IMG/VR virus record: IMGVR_UViG_3300045988_177228
Span: 1-64,000 of that record
DNA length: 64,000 bases
Direction: 5' to 3' (one strand)
Origin: a virus
Of the stretch, positions 1 through 7,994 are shown piece after piece. The translations under genes and the position numbers were made by a program. The notes beneath the pieces are model-generated. The model did not search any database. It was not told the DNA's origin and saw nothing but the letters and a program-made list of their open reading frames with translations. The first letter of the stretch is position 1. Each line of letters begins with the position of its first letter.

Positions 1-29
1 GGAAGGAACAGCGAGAGCATAATCGAACG

Positions 30-167
30 CTACATAGACGAACAACAACAGGCAGGGCGATTCATCCGCGACACTGAAGATGACGCGGCTTTCTCGCCAA
101 AACAAAAAAGGTAAACGAGGTTGGCAGTCCACTTTTTGGTAAGACTGTTGATTGCGTCGTTGTCCAT
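30..167 (-). CDS. small hypothetical protein (46 aa)
   Basis: ATG at 167 follows M1-box 191-212 and RBS-like agaaggagaaacc. ORF runs to 30. Odd Cys-rich C-terminus, so weak. Confidence 0.3.
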   Translation of the reverse strand: MDNDAINSLTKKWTANLVYLFCFGEKAASSSVSRMNRPACCCSSM

Positions 168-190
168 GGTTTCTCCTTCTCGGCATATCT

Positions 191-212
191 TGTGTGAACA
201 ATTCCAGTATAG
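191..212 (-). promoter_or_regulatory. M1-box copy (tgtgtgaacaattccagtatag), 25 nt upstream of the gene starting at 167
   Basis: Near-identical 22-mer recurs at least 15 times in the window, always 5' of a gene and in the gene's orientation. Contains a TAnAnT -10-like hexamer. Confidence 0.7.
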
Positions 213-327
213 CCTAAGTTGAGATAAAACACAACACGCAACCAAGCCAAAACGAAGACGCAATCCCCGCCCATACGAAAAAAAGGAATACGCCCACATG
301 ATTTTCCTGCGGGCGTATTCCCATGTT

Positions 328-636
328 TTAGTTCAGAAGTCCGGAGCGATACAGAATCCTGCGGATATTGATGCTGTGGACGAAAGCGGTGTCAGGCTGT
401 CCAACGAAGTCGGCAAGCTGCTCGTCGGAGCAAGTCTCGTCAACGGCGGCATCCAAAACCACCTCGGTCGGAGAGTCGAACATCCTACAGCCGACGCCGT
501 CATGCCCCTCAATGTGCTCGAACAAGGCGAAGTATGTCATGTTCTCGTCTGCAACACGCAACATGACATAGGAGGTATTGCCGTTGTGGAAGATGTTGTA
601 GTCTGCTGCGCCGAATCGTGCGAAATACTCGTTCAT
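328..636 (-). CDS. hypothetical protein (103 aa), paralog of 6129..6443
   Basis: ATG at 636 with RBS after M1-box 658-680. Shares FGA(A/E)DYNIF(H/A)NGN(T/K)SYVM...LFEH(I/V)EG with the 6129..6443 product. The longer track ORF reads through the motif. Confidence 0.6.
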   Translation of the reverse strand: MNEYFARFGAADYNIFHNGNTSYVMLRVADENMTYFALFEHIEGHDGVGCRMFDSPTEVVLDAAVDETCSDEQLADFVGQPDTAFVHSINIRRILYRSGLLN

Positions 637-657
637 TTTGGCTCTTTCTCTCATATT

Positions 658-680
658 TGTGTGAACAATTCCAGTATAGC
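658..680 (-). promoter_or_regulatory. M1-box copy
   Basis: tgtgtgaacaattccagtatagc, upstream of gene start at 636. Confidence 0.7.
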
Positions 681-813
681 ATATTTGAGAGAAAGAGCAA
701 AAACACAAAACACAAAAAGCCGCGCAAACGCAAAAGCATCCACACGACTCGATATTTTTTCACCACTATACGGAGGGCGGTGCGGTTCCCTCCGCCGCAG
801 TAGGTGCTACCGA

Positions 814-1110
814 TTAGTCGTAGTCCGACGGTTCACCATTGACATAGTTCCAAAACTGGTCGAAGGCATATTGCGCGGTATCCTCATACCGGCATGGCTT
901 CGGCTGTGCGTTCTTTTCCTGCTCTTTCTGCTCTATCAACTGGTCTATTTGGCTTTGCTCATTGCGGTGCTGCCATGAAAGTGGTTCGTTGCCTTGGGCT
1001 AGGTTCTCATACACCGTGTATTCGTGCCCGCGATAGCTGTAGACAAGATAGACCATATGTGCGTCGTATCCGTGCCCGTAGTATTTTCTGATAAATGTCG
1101 CTTTTCGCAT
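814..1110 (-). CDS. hypothetical protein (~98 aa)
   Basis: ORF with internal ATG at 1110 preceded by gaaaggga RBS, 11 nt after stop of the upstream gene (1122). Codon usage consistent with neighbours. Confidence 0.45.
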   Translation of the reverse strand: MRKATFIRKYYGHGYDAHMVYLVYSYRGHEYTVYENLAQGNEPLSWQHRNEQSQIDQLIEQKEQEKNAQPKPCRYEDTAQYAFDQFWNYVNGEPSDYD

Positions 1111-1121
1111 TGCTATCCCTT

Positions 1122-2042
1122 TCAACCAATCTCGCGCTCGGCACGCTCCCAAATCTTCCGGCGAATCTCACTATCCTTGGAAAACATGGAGCCAAGCTCC
1201 AACACTTGACGGACGGCTTCGCGGTATTCCTCCAAACGGTCATGCAAGGCCATATACGCGTCGCTTTCGAAAGCCTGATTGATGAACGAGTCCGGCATGT
1301 CACGCATGACCTTGACCAGCCTGTAACGTCCCACCTCGTCCGCGTTCTCCCAAGCGTTCATGACACGCTCACAAGTGGCCCACTGCGGCTTGCAGGCCAG
1401 CACATGCGCCACATCCTGCGGGTTAAGACGGGACAACACTTCATCCACCTTGCCGTCTTCGGTCAGAAGAGCCGCCTGAACGCGAATCTGACTGTTGGGA
1501 TTGTCCAGCCAATGTTCGACACATTCCTTATCGAAGTTATGGTTATAGATAAGGGTTTTGACCACACGCTCGTCCGACTCCTCGAAGAAGAGGTGAGGGT
1601 CTGCGTTCTTTGCCGCCATGAGTCGAATCTGATAATCCTCGTCGTGGGACAAACCGTTCGACGTTTCCTTGTCGAGCTTGCTGAACTTGTTGAGCATTGT
1701 GGCCGCTTTCTTGCGAATCTCGGCGCTCCTGTCATGTAGGGCCACTTTGGATAGTTCCTTGACGGGTAGTTTCTTTTCGTCGTATACGCGCCAGTCGAAG
1801 TAGTAGTTACGGACTTTCAGGGGTAGTTCGGAGAGTTTGCCGGAGTTGAAATGCTGTCTGATGTTGGCGAGTTCGTCTTCGCCTGTTTGGGTGAGAGTCC
1901 AGTCGCCCGTCTCGTTTTCCTGAATGAGTCCGGCTTTGGCGAGTTTGGTGATGTCGCGGTCGGGGAATACTCGGCGTTCGGGTTCGCGCTCGAATCGCAT
2001 GAATTCGTAGACTGCGGTTTCGTTCCAGTTGATGTCGCTCAT
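1122..2042 (-). CDS. HEAT/LRV-like helical repeat protein (~307 aa)
   Basis: Long ORF. ATG at 2042 with AAGGAG RBS immediately after M1-box 2079-2100. Repetitive helical DExxxIRxxAA motifs. No catalytic motif recognised. Confidence 0.6.
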   Translation of the reverse strand: MSDINWNETAVYEFMRFEREPERRVFPDRDITKLAKAGLIQENETGDWTLTQTGEDELANIRQHFNSGKLSELPLKVRNYYFDWRVYDEKKLPVKELSKVALHDRSAEIRKKAATMLNKFSKLDKETSNGLSHDEDYQIRLMAAKNADPHLFFEESDERVVKTLIYNHNFDKECVEHWLDNPNSQIRVQAALLTEDGKVDEVLSRLNPQDVAHVLACKPQWATCERVMNAWENADEVGRYRLVKVMRDMPDSFINQAFESDAYMALHDRLEEYREAVRQVLELGSMFSKDSEIRRKIWERAEREIG

Positions 2043-2078
2043 TTTTTGCTCCTTGGCTTCCATATTTTTGTGTGAACA

Positions 2079-2100
2079 ATTCCAGTATACAATTTGCTTG
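2079..2100 (-). promoter_or_regulatory. M1-box copy
   Basis: tgtgtgaacaattccagtatac directly 5' of the gene start. The track ORF N-terminus MSKQIVYWNCSHK is a translation of the box. Confidence 0.7.
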
Positions 2101-2185
2101 GACAAAACACGCTACAAAACAAAAAGCGGGAACTACAGCAACAAGAGTGTGATGCAAGGCTTCCTTTCTTTTTGCCGAATATGAG

Positions 2186-2224
2186 AGAAGTAGAAGGAAG
2201 TAGTAATACGGCAGTCTTCCAATT
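2186..2224 (-). repeat. 39-bp conserved element R39, copy A (reverse orientation)
   Basis: Reverse complement aattggaagactgccgtattactacttccttctacttct matches 28802-28840 and 56102-56137 at about 36 of 39 positions. Confidence 0.7.
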
Positions 2225-2234
2225 TTAGCGTGGG

Positions 2235-2531
2235 TCAGAGGATTCGGGTTCCCTTGCGGGTGACGAGCATGATTCGGTTTTCGTGGCGGTTCTCGAAAAC
2301 GTCCCAGTTGCCGCTCAGGACAGCCAAGCACGCGTTGCCTTTGATGAGGTTCCAACGTTCGTCGCAGTTGGATACGACGTGCTTCCAGTTGGTTGGGTTG
2401 GGCTTGTGGTGGGAGGTTTCCACGATGGCTTCGGTCATGGGCTTGTCGGCGTAGGCGTGGTCGTAGGTGTTGTCGCTTGCGACGATGCTGATGGTGCCGT
2501 TGTCGAATGCGATTGGCTGGATGGTGTTCAT
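2235..2531 (-). CDS. hypothetical protein (98 aa)
   Basis: ATG at 2531 with aaaggagaaaac RBS. Degenerate M1-box at 2580-2602. Confidence 0.55.
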   Translation of the reverse strand: MNTIQPIAFDNGTISIVASDNTYDHAYADKPMTEAIVETSHHKPNPTNWKHVVSNCDERWNLIKGNACLAVLSGNWDVFENRHENRIMLVTRKGTRIL

Positions 2532-2579
2532 GTTTTCTCCTTTTGTTGTTGTGGGGACGAACCCTTTTTGTGTGGACAT

Positions 2580-2602
2580 GACCACTATAACACATGGTCT
2601 GA
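2580..2602 (-). promoter_or_regulatory. degenerate M1-box (tgtgtggacatgaccactataac)
   Basis: 17 of 23 match to consensus, same position relative to gene start. Confidence 0.3.
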
Positions 2603-2701
2603 AATATCACAATACGAAAAACAAAAAATGCCGACCAGCGCCTAGAAGCGGAAGACCAAGCCGCAAAAGCTAAACCCGTCGAATCCAACGGGTTTGGAAT
2701 C

Positions 2702-3025
2702 TCAGGAAATCAGTTGCCAAATCAGCCAGCCGACCAACCCCCACAGTACGAGCACCCCAATCGCATACATCCACGTGCCCGCGTATCCGCCCGCGAGGAA
2801 CGCGCTCATCCGACGTTTCCGTTGCTCCAGCAGTGCGTACCATTCGCTCTCGCAACGGTCGAACATGTCCGCGTCCATGCGGGTGCCGCCGTACATGTCG
2901 AGCCAATCGCGCACGGTCGGCATGGGACCCAACGGGTCACGCAGACGGGCGTGCGGTATGAGGGCTATTTTCAACCCCTGCCACATGCCCTTGAGGAAGA
3001 ACGCGGGTAGCCTGTCCCCGGTCAT
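2702..3025 (-). CDS. hypothetical protein with C-terminal transmembrane helix (108 aa)
   Basis: ATG at 3025 overlaps the stop of the upstream small gene (ATGA). Hydrophobic C-terminus IGVLVLWGLVGWLIWQLIS. Confidence 0.5.
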   Translation of the reverse strand: MTGDRLPAFFLKGMWQGLKIALIPHARLRDPLGPMPTVRDWLDMYGGTRMDADMFDRCESEWYALLEQRKRRMSAFLAGGYAGTWMYAIGVLVLWGLVGWLIWQLIS

Positions 3026-3190
3026 GACAGCTCCCCGCATGGTTCGACGGTTTGCCTCAGCCCCCGTTCGACCAGTGCTCTCACCGCCGCGTTCCACGTG
3101 AGTTCGTTATCGTCGGCGTATTGCATGGTCTGCCGGTACAGGTCGGCGGGCATCTGTATTACTCGGCTTACGTTTGGCGTCTTCAGCATT
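3024..3190 (-). CDS. small ribbon-helix-helix-like protein (55 aa)
   Basis: Not in ORF track (<60 aa). ATG at 3190 with taggagacaacc RBS. Product MLKTPNVSRVIQMPADLYRQTMQYADDNELTWNAAVRALVERGL resembles CopG/RHH antitoxin-type DNA binders. Confidence 0.45.
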
Positions 3191-3202
3191 GTAGGTTGTC
3201 TC

Positions 3203-3379
3203 CTATCGGAATATGCGGGCGAGCGAGTCCGCGTCTATATATCGGCGGTGCATGACCTTGTAGGTGCGGATTCGTCCTGCCTTGATGAGGTCGTACACGT
3301 GCTGGCGGGAGCAGTGCAGGTACACCATGGTGTCCGCGATGGTGAGGATGGTGGGCAGTTCCTTGTTATTGGCGCTCAT
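3203..3379 (-). CDS. excisionase-family / MerR-like HTH DNA-binding protein (58 aa)
   Basis: MSANNKELPTILTIADTMVYLHCSRQHVYDLIKAGRIRTYKV is a typical HTH_17/Xis-type helix-turn-helix. Start overlaps stop of 3376..3684. Confidence 0.6.
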   Translation of the reverse strand: MSANNKELPTILTIADTMVYLHCSRQHVYDLIKAGRIRTYKVMHRRYIDADSLARIFR

Positions 3380-3684
3380 GACCTGACCCCCAGTGCCGTG
3401 GCGACGGCCATGTGCAGGCGGTCGGCGTCCAGCTTGTCCAAGGTCTGCGGGGCGAGTGTGGCGGGCATGGTGTTGGCCGCGTCCGGTGTGTTGTAGATGC
3501 CGCCGGTCCACAGGTGGCGTCCGTCGGGGAGGGGTTTTTCCTTGGCGGTGTAGAACCATACGCCTTCGCCCAGTGTGAAGGTGATGTTGACGCCGTTGTG
3601 GTCGGGGGTGGGTTCGGCGTCCTTTATGCGGGGGTCGTCGGTGAGCTGGTCGAAGAGTCGTTCGTAGATGGTTTTGCGAATCAT
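3376..3684 (-). CDS. hypothetical protein (102 aa)
   Basis: ATG at 3684 with aaaggagaaaagc RBS downstream of M1-box 3717-3739. Confidence 0.6.
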   Translation of the reverse strand: MIRKTIYERLFDQLTDDPRIKDAEPTPDHNGVNITFTLGEGVWFYTAKEKPLPDGRHLWTGGIYNTPDAANTMPATLAPQTLDKLDADRLHMAVATALGVRS

Positions 3685-3716
3685 GGTGCTTTTCTCCTTT
3701 GTTGCGTCAACTCTTT

Positions 3717-3739
3717 ATGTGAACAATTCCAATATAGCA
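3717..3739 (-). promoter_or_regulatory. M1-box copy (tatgtgaacaattccaatatagc)
   Basis: Motif recurrence. Confidence 0.65.
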
Positions 3740-3816
3740 CGTTTGGATAAACATACAAAACAAGACACGTCCACACAAAAAGCCCCGCCAAAACGACGGG
3801 GCCACAATCCTGAAAA

Positions 3817-4017
3817 CTAACGATTCATACTCAATCGAACTTCAACCGCGACGGTCAGCAACACCACCGTAATGGCGCACACGGATACGATACCGAACGT
3901 GCGGCCAAACGTGAACAGCCAAGTGCCGAACGAGTAGATGCCGAACGCGACTGCGGTTGCCACCCCACCGAAAGCGATGGTGACAAGCGTCATAAGCAGA
4001 ACATCCTTGATATGCAT
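3817..4017 (-). CDS. small membrane protein (66 aa, two TM helices)
   Basis: ATG 4017 with aaaggagaaaa RBS after M1-box 4057-4078. Hydrophobic throughout. Confidence 0.5.
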   Translation of the reverse strand: MHIKDVLLMTLVTIAFGGVATAVAFGIYSFGTWLFTFGRTFGIVSVCAITVVLLTVAVEVRLSMNR

Positions 4018-4056
4018 TTTTTCTCCTTTTGGTGATGGGTTTTACGAACCCTTGTT

Positions 4057-4078
4057 TGTGTGAACAATTCCAGTATAC
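4057..4078 (-). promoter_or_regulatory. M1-box copy
   Basis: tgtgtgaacaattccagtatac. Confidence 0.7.
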
Positions 4079-4150
4079 ATCATGTTGGGTACGACACGCC
4101 AAACAAAAAGCGCCCCACCCATCCAAGGGAGAGGCGCTAAAACCCGACGG

Positions 4151-4528
4151 TCAGAACTCATACTCGCAATCGGAATCGAGATACCATTTGTCGCCGTAAC
4201 CCCAAAGAACACGACGGATGGTCGCAGGGTCGTTCAGCTCAACGAACTTGGACGCCAGTTCATCCACCGACTTGGCGGAAAAAGCCTTGCCGACGGAAGC
4301 GTAGAATTCATCCCATTCCGCCTGTTCGGCGTCGGAATCGACCAGCTCACGGAACCGTCCGGCAAGCTTCTCGTCCGGTAGTGTCGCTTCCGCAAAATTC
4401 GTGTCCTCTATATCCGACCAAGCGCCGAAACACTTGTCGGCCAACGATTCAACCGGAATGGTGAGGATGCTGGAATACGTGCCCTTCCAAGCGTTCTTCT
4501 TGAAGAAGCTAACGTCTCGTGCCTTCAT
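4151..4528 (-). CDS. acidic hypothetical protein (125 aa)
   Basis: ATG 4528 with aggagg RBS. Strongly acidic (D/E-rich). Confidence 0.55.
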   Translation of the reverse strand: MKARDVSFFKKNAWKGTYSSILTIPVESLADKCFGAWSDIEDTNFAEATLPDEKLAGRFRELVDSDAEQAEWDEFYASVGKAFSAKSVDELASKFVELNDPATIRRVLWGYGDKWYLDSDCEYEF

Positions 4529-4541
4529 TTTCCCGTTCCTC

Positions 4542-5036
4542 CTATTCTTCCTCGCCATCCGCCTGACGGAGTGGAACGATACGGTTCCACTGTTCCGTGT
4601 ATTCATTCTCCACATCCTTGGAACCATTGTCCAGCAGTTCGTTCAAAGTGGCTCGTCCTACGTCGCTGAGACGGCTGATGCTGCGGAGAATGCTCGCCAC
4701 GTCGTCGGCTTCGTATAGTTTATTGCGATTGTCCGACAGTTCCTGATACTTCGAGTCGGTGAGGTTCCAAACATAGTCTTCCAGCAGTTTCCAGTCCTCC
4801 TTTTCGGCAGAGGGTACTGGAATCGGCTTGGTGAGCCGCCAATCTTCGAGAATGTCCGCCCAAAGGTCGGTCTTGACATTGTATTCGCCAAGGTCTTCCT
4901 CGTGGGTGAGTTTTTCGATTCGCTGTTCTTCGCCATCCTCGTCCAAGTAGTCTATTGTGAGATATTCCCTATCCACTGACAAGGTGGAGAGTTCGCGTAG
5001 TTTGGTGATTTTGAGGTTGACGATTGTGTTAATCAT
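4542..5036 (-). CDS. very acidic hypothetical protein (164 aa), candidate DNA-mimic/anti-restriction-type protein
   Basis: ATG 5036 with caaggagg RBS after M1-box 5068-5090. About 30% D/E. The ArdA-like idea rests on size and charge only, no motif match. Confidence 0.55.
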   Translation of the reverse strand: MINTIVNLKITKLRELSTLSVDREYLTIDYLDEDGEEQRIEKLTHEEDLGEYNVKTDLWADILEDWRLTKPIPVPSAEKEDWKLLEDYVWNLTDSKYQELSDNRNKLYEADDVASILRSISRLSDVGRATLNELLDNGSKDVENEYTEQWNRIVPLRQADGEEE

Positions 5037-5067
5037 TTTTTGTTCCTCCTTGTTGGAATCTATTTTT

Positions 5068-5090
5068 TGTGTGAACAATCCCAGTATACC
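5068..5090 (-). promoter_or_regulatory. M1-box copy
   Basis: tgtgtgaacaatcccagtatacc. Confidence 0.7.
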
Positions 5091-5150
5091 ATGTTTGTTG
5101 TGAAAAACAAAAACAGCCCACTCCCCAAAGCAAGGAAGCGGGCTGAAAAG

Positions 5151-5975
5151 TCAGGCATTCAGCAAAGCGTGGGACGAAACACCCATTTCAGACAAACCCA
5201 AACCCACATTGTTCGCGTCACTCACACCACGGGCAAAACCATCCTTGCTACCACGAGCAGTGGCCGCATGACCCGACACCAGCTCAAGCTTGTCAAAATA
5301 CTCGTTCAGACGCTGACTCTTACATGACACCAGCTCACGACCGGAAGGAATGGCGAGACTCTGCTTGCGAAGCTCCTCGAAACGTTCGCTCAAACGTTCG
5401 TTGAATCCACCGCGATAACCATAGTAGAACTTGGCGCGTGGATAATCACGACGCATGTACTGTTTGCATTCCGTCAGCGTCGGATAGGATTCATGTCTGT
5501 AATGCGTTTCGACGTATTCCTTGTTGTTCTCATAGTACGCTTTGGCGTGCTGGTCAATCATGTCCGCGTAGCTGGTGCGGGCGTGGATTGAGCAGTATAG
5601 GTCGATGCTTTGGAAGAGAATGACTGCGGCGTTCACATCGTCCTCCTCGCCTACGAACATGACGGCACGTTCCTCAATCCTTCCGCCACACCGGCTTTCG
5701 TGAAGGTAGGTGCGGCATTCGTTAGCTTGGGCGATGATGGTCGCAAGGTAGCCTTGCTGATGGTAGATGGTGGTTTTGCTTACGTTCACGCCACGTTCGA
5801 TGATTGGCTTGTTCGTGCGGGTGCGGTCGCGTTTCCAGTCTTCGATACGATATTCGTTAATGAGTTTCTGTGCCCGCTCGAACGCCATTTGCGCCTCATT
5901 GTCGCTGGAAGCTTCGTTTTCGGCTATTGCCATGAGGTTGTTGATGCGTTCGATGATGCTGTCGATGTTGCTCAT
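5151..5975 (-). CDS. DUF2786-like protein (274 aa)
   Basis: ATG 5975 with caaggagc RBS after M1-box 6006-6027. N-terminus IIERINNLMAIAENEASSDNEAQMAFERAQKLINEYRI matches the DUF2786 signature (..KLLALAEST.NE.EA.AA..KAQELM.KY.I) seen in phage and plasmid proteins. Confidence 0.55.
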   Translation of the reverse strand: MSNIDSIIERINNLMAIAENEASSDNEAQMAFERAQKLINEYRIEDWKRDRTRTNKPIIERGVNVSKTTIYHQQGYLATIIAQANECRTYLHESRCGGRIEERAVMFVGEEDDVNAAVILFQSIDLYCSIHARTSYADMIDQHAKAYYENNKEYVETHYRHESYPTLTECKQYMRRDYPRAKFYYGYRGGFNERLSERFEELRKQSLAIPSGRELVSCKSQRLNEYFDKLELVSGHAATARGSKDGFARGVSDANNVGLGLSEMGVSSHALLNA

Positions 5976-6005
5976 TTTTTGCTCCTTGGTTTTCTTTTAT
6001 CTCTT

Positions 6006-6027
6006 TGTGTGAACAATCCCAGTATAC
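6006..6027 (-). promoter_or_regulatory. M1-box copy
   Basis: tgtgtgaacaatcccagtatac. Confidence 0.7.
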
Positions 6028-6128
6028 AGCGTGTGAAAAAAACGACACACCCAAAAACTATAAACAACCTCTGAAAAAACAAACCCCTCCAACCTATAAG
6101 GGAAGGAAGAGAACTGTTACAGAATCGC

Positions 6129-6443
6129 TCAGGCGTCCAAGTGGGAATGACGCAGAAGCCTACGAACATTGATATTGTGGACAAACCTATCCTGACCGAC
6201 AATCCTCGAAGCAAACTCCCTATCGGTATATCCACCGTCGGAAACACCGTCCAAAACAGTCTCGGGAATATTGTCTAACATGTAATAGCTGACGCCGGTC
6301 TGACCCTCGACATGCTCGAAAAGCATGTAGTAGACGCCCTCGGGGTCGTCGATGAAACGGCTCATGACATACGACTTGTTGCCATTGGCGAAGATGTTGT
6401 AGTCCTCTGCGCCGAACTGCTTGAAGTATGCGGGCTTATTCAT
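6129..6443 (-). CDS. hypothetical protein (104 aa), paralog of 328..636
   Basis: ATG 6443 with caaggagaaaaaa RBS after M1-box 6473-6494. Paralogous to the 328..636 product. Confidence 0.65.
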   Translation of the reverse strand: MNKPAYFKQFGAEDYNIFANGNKSYVMSRFIDDPEGVYYMLFEHVEGQTGVSYYMLDNIPETVLDGVSDGGYTDREFASRIVGQDRFVHNINVRRLLRHSHLDA

Positions 6444-6472
6444 TTTTTTCTCCTTGGTTTTTCAACTTTTTT

Positions 6473-6494
6473 TATGTGAACGATTCCAGTATAC
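6473..6494 (-). promoter_or_regulatory. M1-box copy
   Basis: tatgtgaacgattccagtatac. Confidence 0.7.
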
Positions 6495-6729
6495 TCCAAG
6501 CGTGGAAACAATACAAAAAAAGAGGAACGGAAACCGAAACGGGAACCGTCCCTCAATGCCTTTTAGAAAGTGACCTATTATCTCAAACAAGATTATCTTG
6601 ATTACTTCTGTTTAGGCTGTCAACCTCTACTTTCGACAAATCCCACCCATTATCGAACTCAGCCCTTTAGTACATGCTTTTTTAAAGTATTATACTTATT
6701 ATAATTATTATAAAATCAAGGAAACAGAC

Positions 6730-7887
6730 ATGACCAATCCGTTCAAACCAACCGCCGGACGTATCCCGCCGATACTCGTCGGACGAGAAGAAATCATCGA
6801 AGACTTCGACTATGCGCTGAAAGACGGTGTAGGAAGCCCCGGACGGCTGATGTTCCTCACCGGAGCCAGAGGCGTAGGAAAAACAGTCATGCTGGACACG
6901 TTAGGAACACACGCGCAGAAGCAAGGCTGGAAAGTCTATAACGAAAGCGCCGATAGAGGTTTCACCCAAAGACTGGTGGACGCACTTACCGGCAAGGACA
7001 CGACTCGCATATTCGCCTACGACATGCCTAGCGTCGGATTGAAAGGTGATGTAGGGAATCTGGAACTGAGTTTGGGGAGAATCGAACTCGAACACAATGA
7101 GGAACGTTCCTTGACGCTACGTCAAGCGGTCGGCAAACGTTTGGACAAGATAAATGAAAGCAAGCAGGGCATTCTCATCACGTTGGATGAGGTGCAGTCC
7201 GGTTCCATGGACGAAATCAGAGCACTGTCCACCGCAGTGCAGCATCTCATCCGGGAAGGACGGAACATCGCGTTCGTTTTCGCCGGACTGCCGTCCGCAG
7301 TGAACGACGTGCTGTCCGACAATGCCATCACTTTCCTGCAACGGGCGGAACGATACCATTTGGGGTCTGTCCCCACGGAAAAGGTATTGAAGGCGTTCGA
7401 GGAATCCTTCAGCGGCGAGAAGAAAGCCGGAATGGAAACGCTGATACGGTTGACCAACGCCACTCACGGTTATCCGTTCATGATTCAGCTGGTGGGCTAT
7501 TGGGCTTGGCGGATGTCCGAAACCAACGGTCATGTGAATCAAGTGACCGAGGAGGACGCGGTCAAGGGTATCGAAAAAGCCCAAGCCAAACTAGGGGATA
7601 TGGTTCACGCCCCAGCATTGCATGGCTTGCCATCCCATGCGGTGAACTATCTACTTGCCATGTCGGTGGATGATACGGTGTCGAATACAGGTGAAATCGC
7701 CCGTCGGTTGAACCGTTCGCCACAGTTCGCCAACGTGTATAGAACCAAGCTGATTGAGAACGATTTGATTGAGCCGGTCGGTTACGGTGAGGTCGCTTTC
7801 AAAATGCCGTATTTGCGGGATTACTTGCGTGAGCATGGGGCTTATTTGCAGATGCGGGAGAATATCAGCGAACGCTCGGAGAACTAG
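6730..7887 (+). CDS. AAA+ P-loop ATPase with C-terminal winged-helix (ATPase_2/DUF234-like)
   Basis: Walker A LTGARGVGKT, Walker B ILITLDEVQ, C-terminal wHTH-like region. AT-rich promoter tataattattataaaatcaaggaaacagacATG. Confidence 0.8.
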   Translation: MTNPFKPTAGRIPPILVGREEIIEDFDYALKDGVGSPGRLMFLTGARGVGKTVMLDTLGTHAQKQGWKVYNESADRGFTQRLVDALTGKDTTRIFAYDMPSVGLKGDVGNLELSLGRIELEHNEERSLTLRQAVGKRLDKINESKQGILITLDEVQSGSMDEIRALSTAVQHLIREGRNIAFVFAGLPSAVNDVLSDNAITFLQRAERYHLGSVPTEKVLKAFEESFSGEKKAGMETLIRLTNATHGYPFMIQLVGYWAWRMSETNGHVNQVTEEDAVKGIEKAQAKLGDMVHAPALHGLPSHAVNYLLAMSVDDTVSNTGEIARRLNRSPQFANVYRTKLIENDLIEPVGYGEVAFKMPYLRDYLREHGAYLQMRENISERSEN

Positions 7888-7960
7888 GTTTTGTTGTTCT
7901 GGGCGGTTTAGCATGGACAAGCTGGAAGAATTCAATCCCGACACCATGTGACATTTACTG

Positions 7961-7992
7961 AAAAAGCCCCTCAGTCGAGGGGCTTTTCTTTT
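7961..7992. terminator. bidirectional intrinsic terminator
   Basis: aaaaagCCCCTCagtcGAGGGGcttttctttttg between convergent genes. Confidence 0.7.
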
Positions 7993-7994
7993 TG

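Noticed and set aside
2063-2105. N-terminal extensions MSKQIVYWNCSHK / YTGIVHT / LYWNCSHK of several track ORFs
   Set aside because: These residues are simply the translated M1-box (GTTCACA / CCAGTATA). Real starts are the downstream ATGs with RBS.
1807-2688. 293-aa minus-strand ORF rich in Arg/His/Pro
   Set aside because: Spans two real genes and their intergenic M1-box in an alternative frame. Composition is non-protein-like.
6500-6730. Possible tRNA or small RNA in the 230-bp gap before the AAA+ ATPase gene
   Set aside because: No cloverleaf-compatible arms or GTTCGAATC-type T-loop. Region looks like terminator-like hairpin plus AT-rich promoter.
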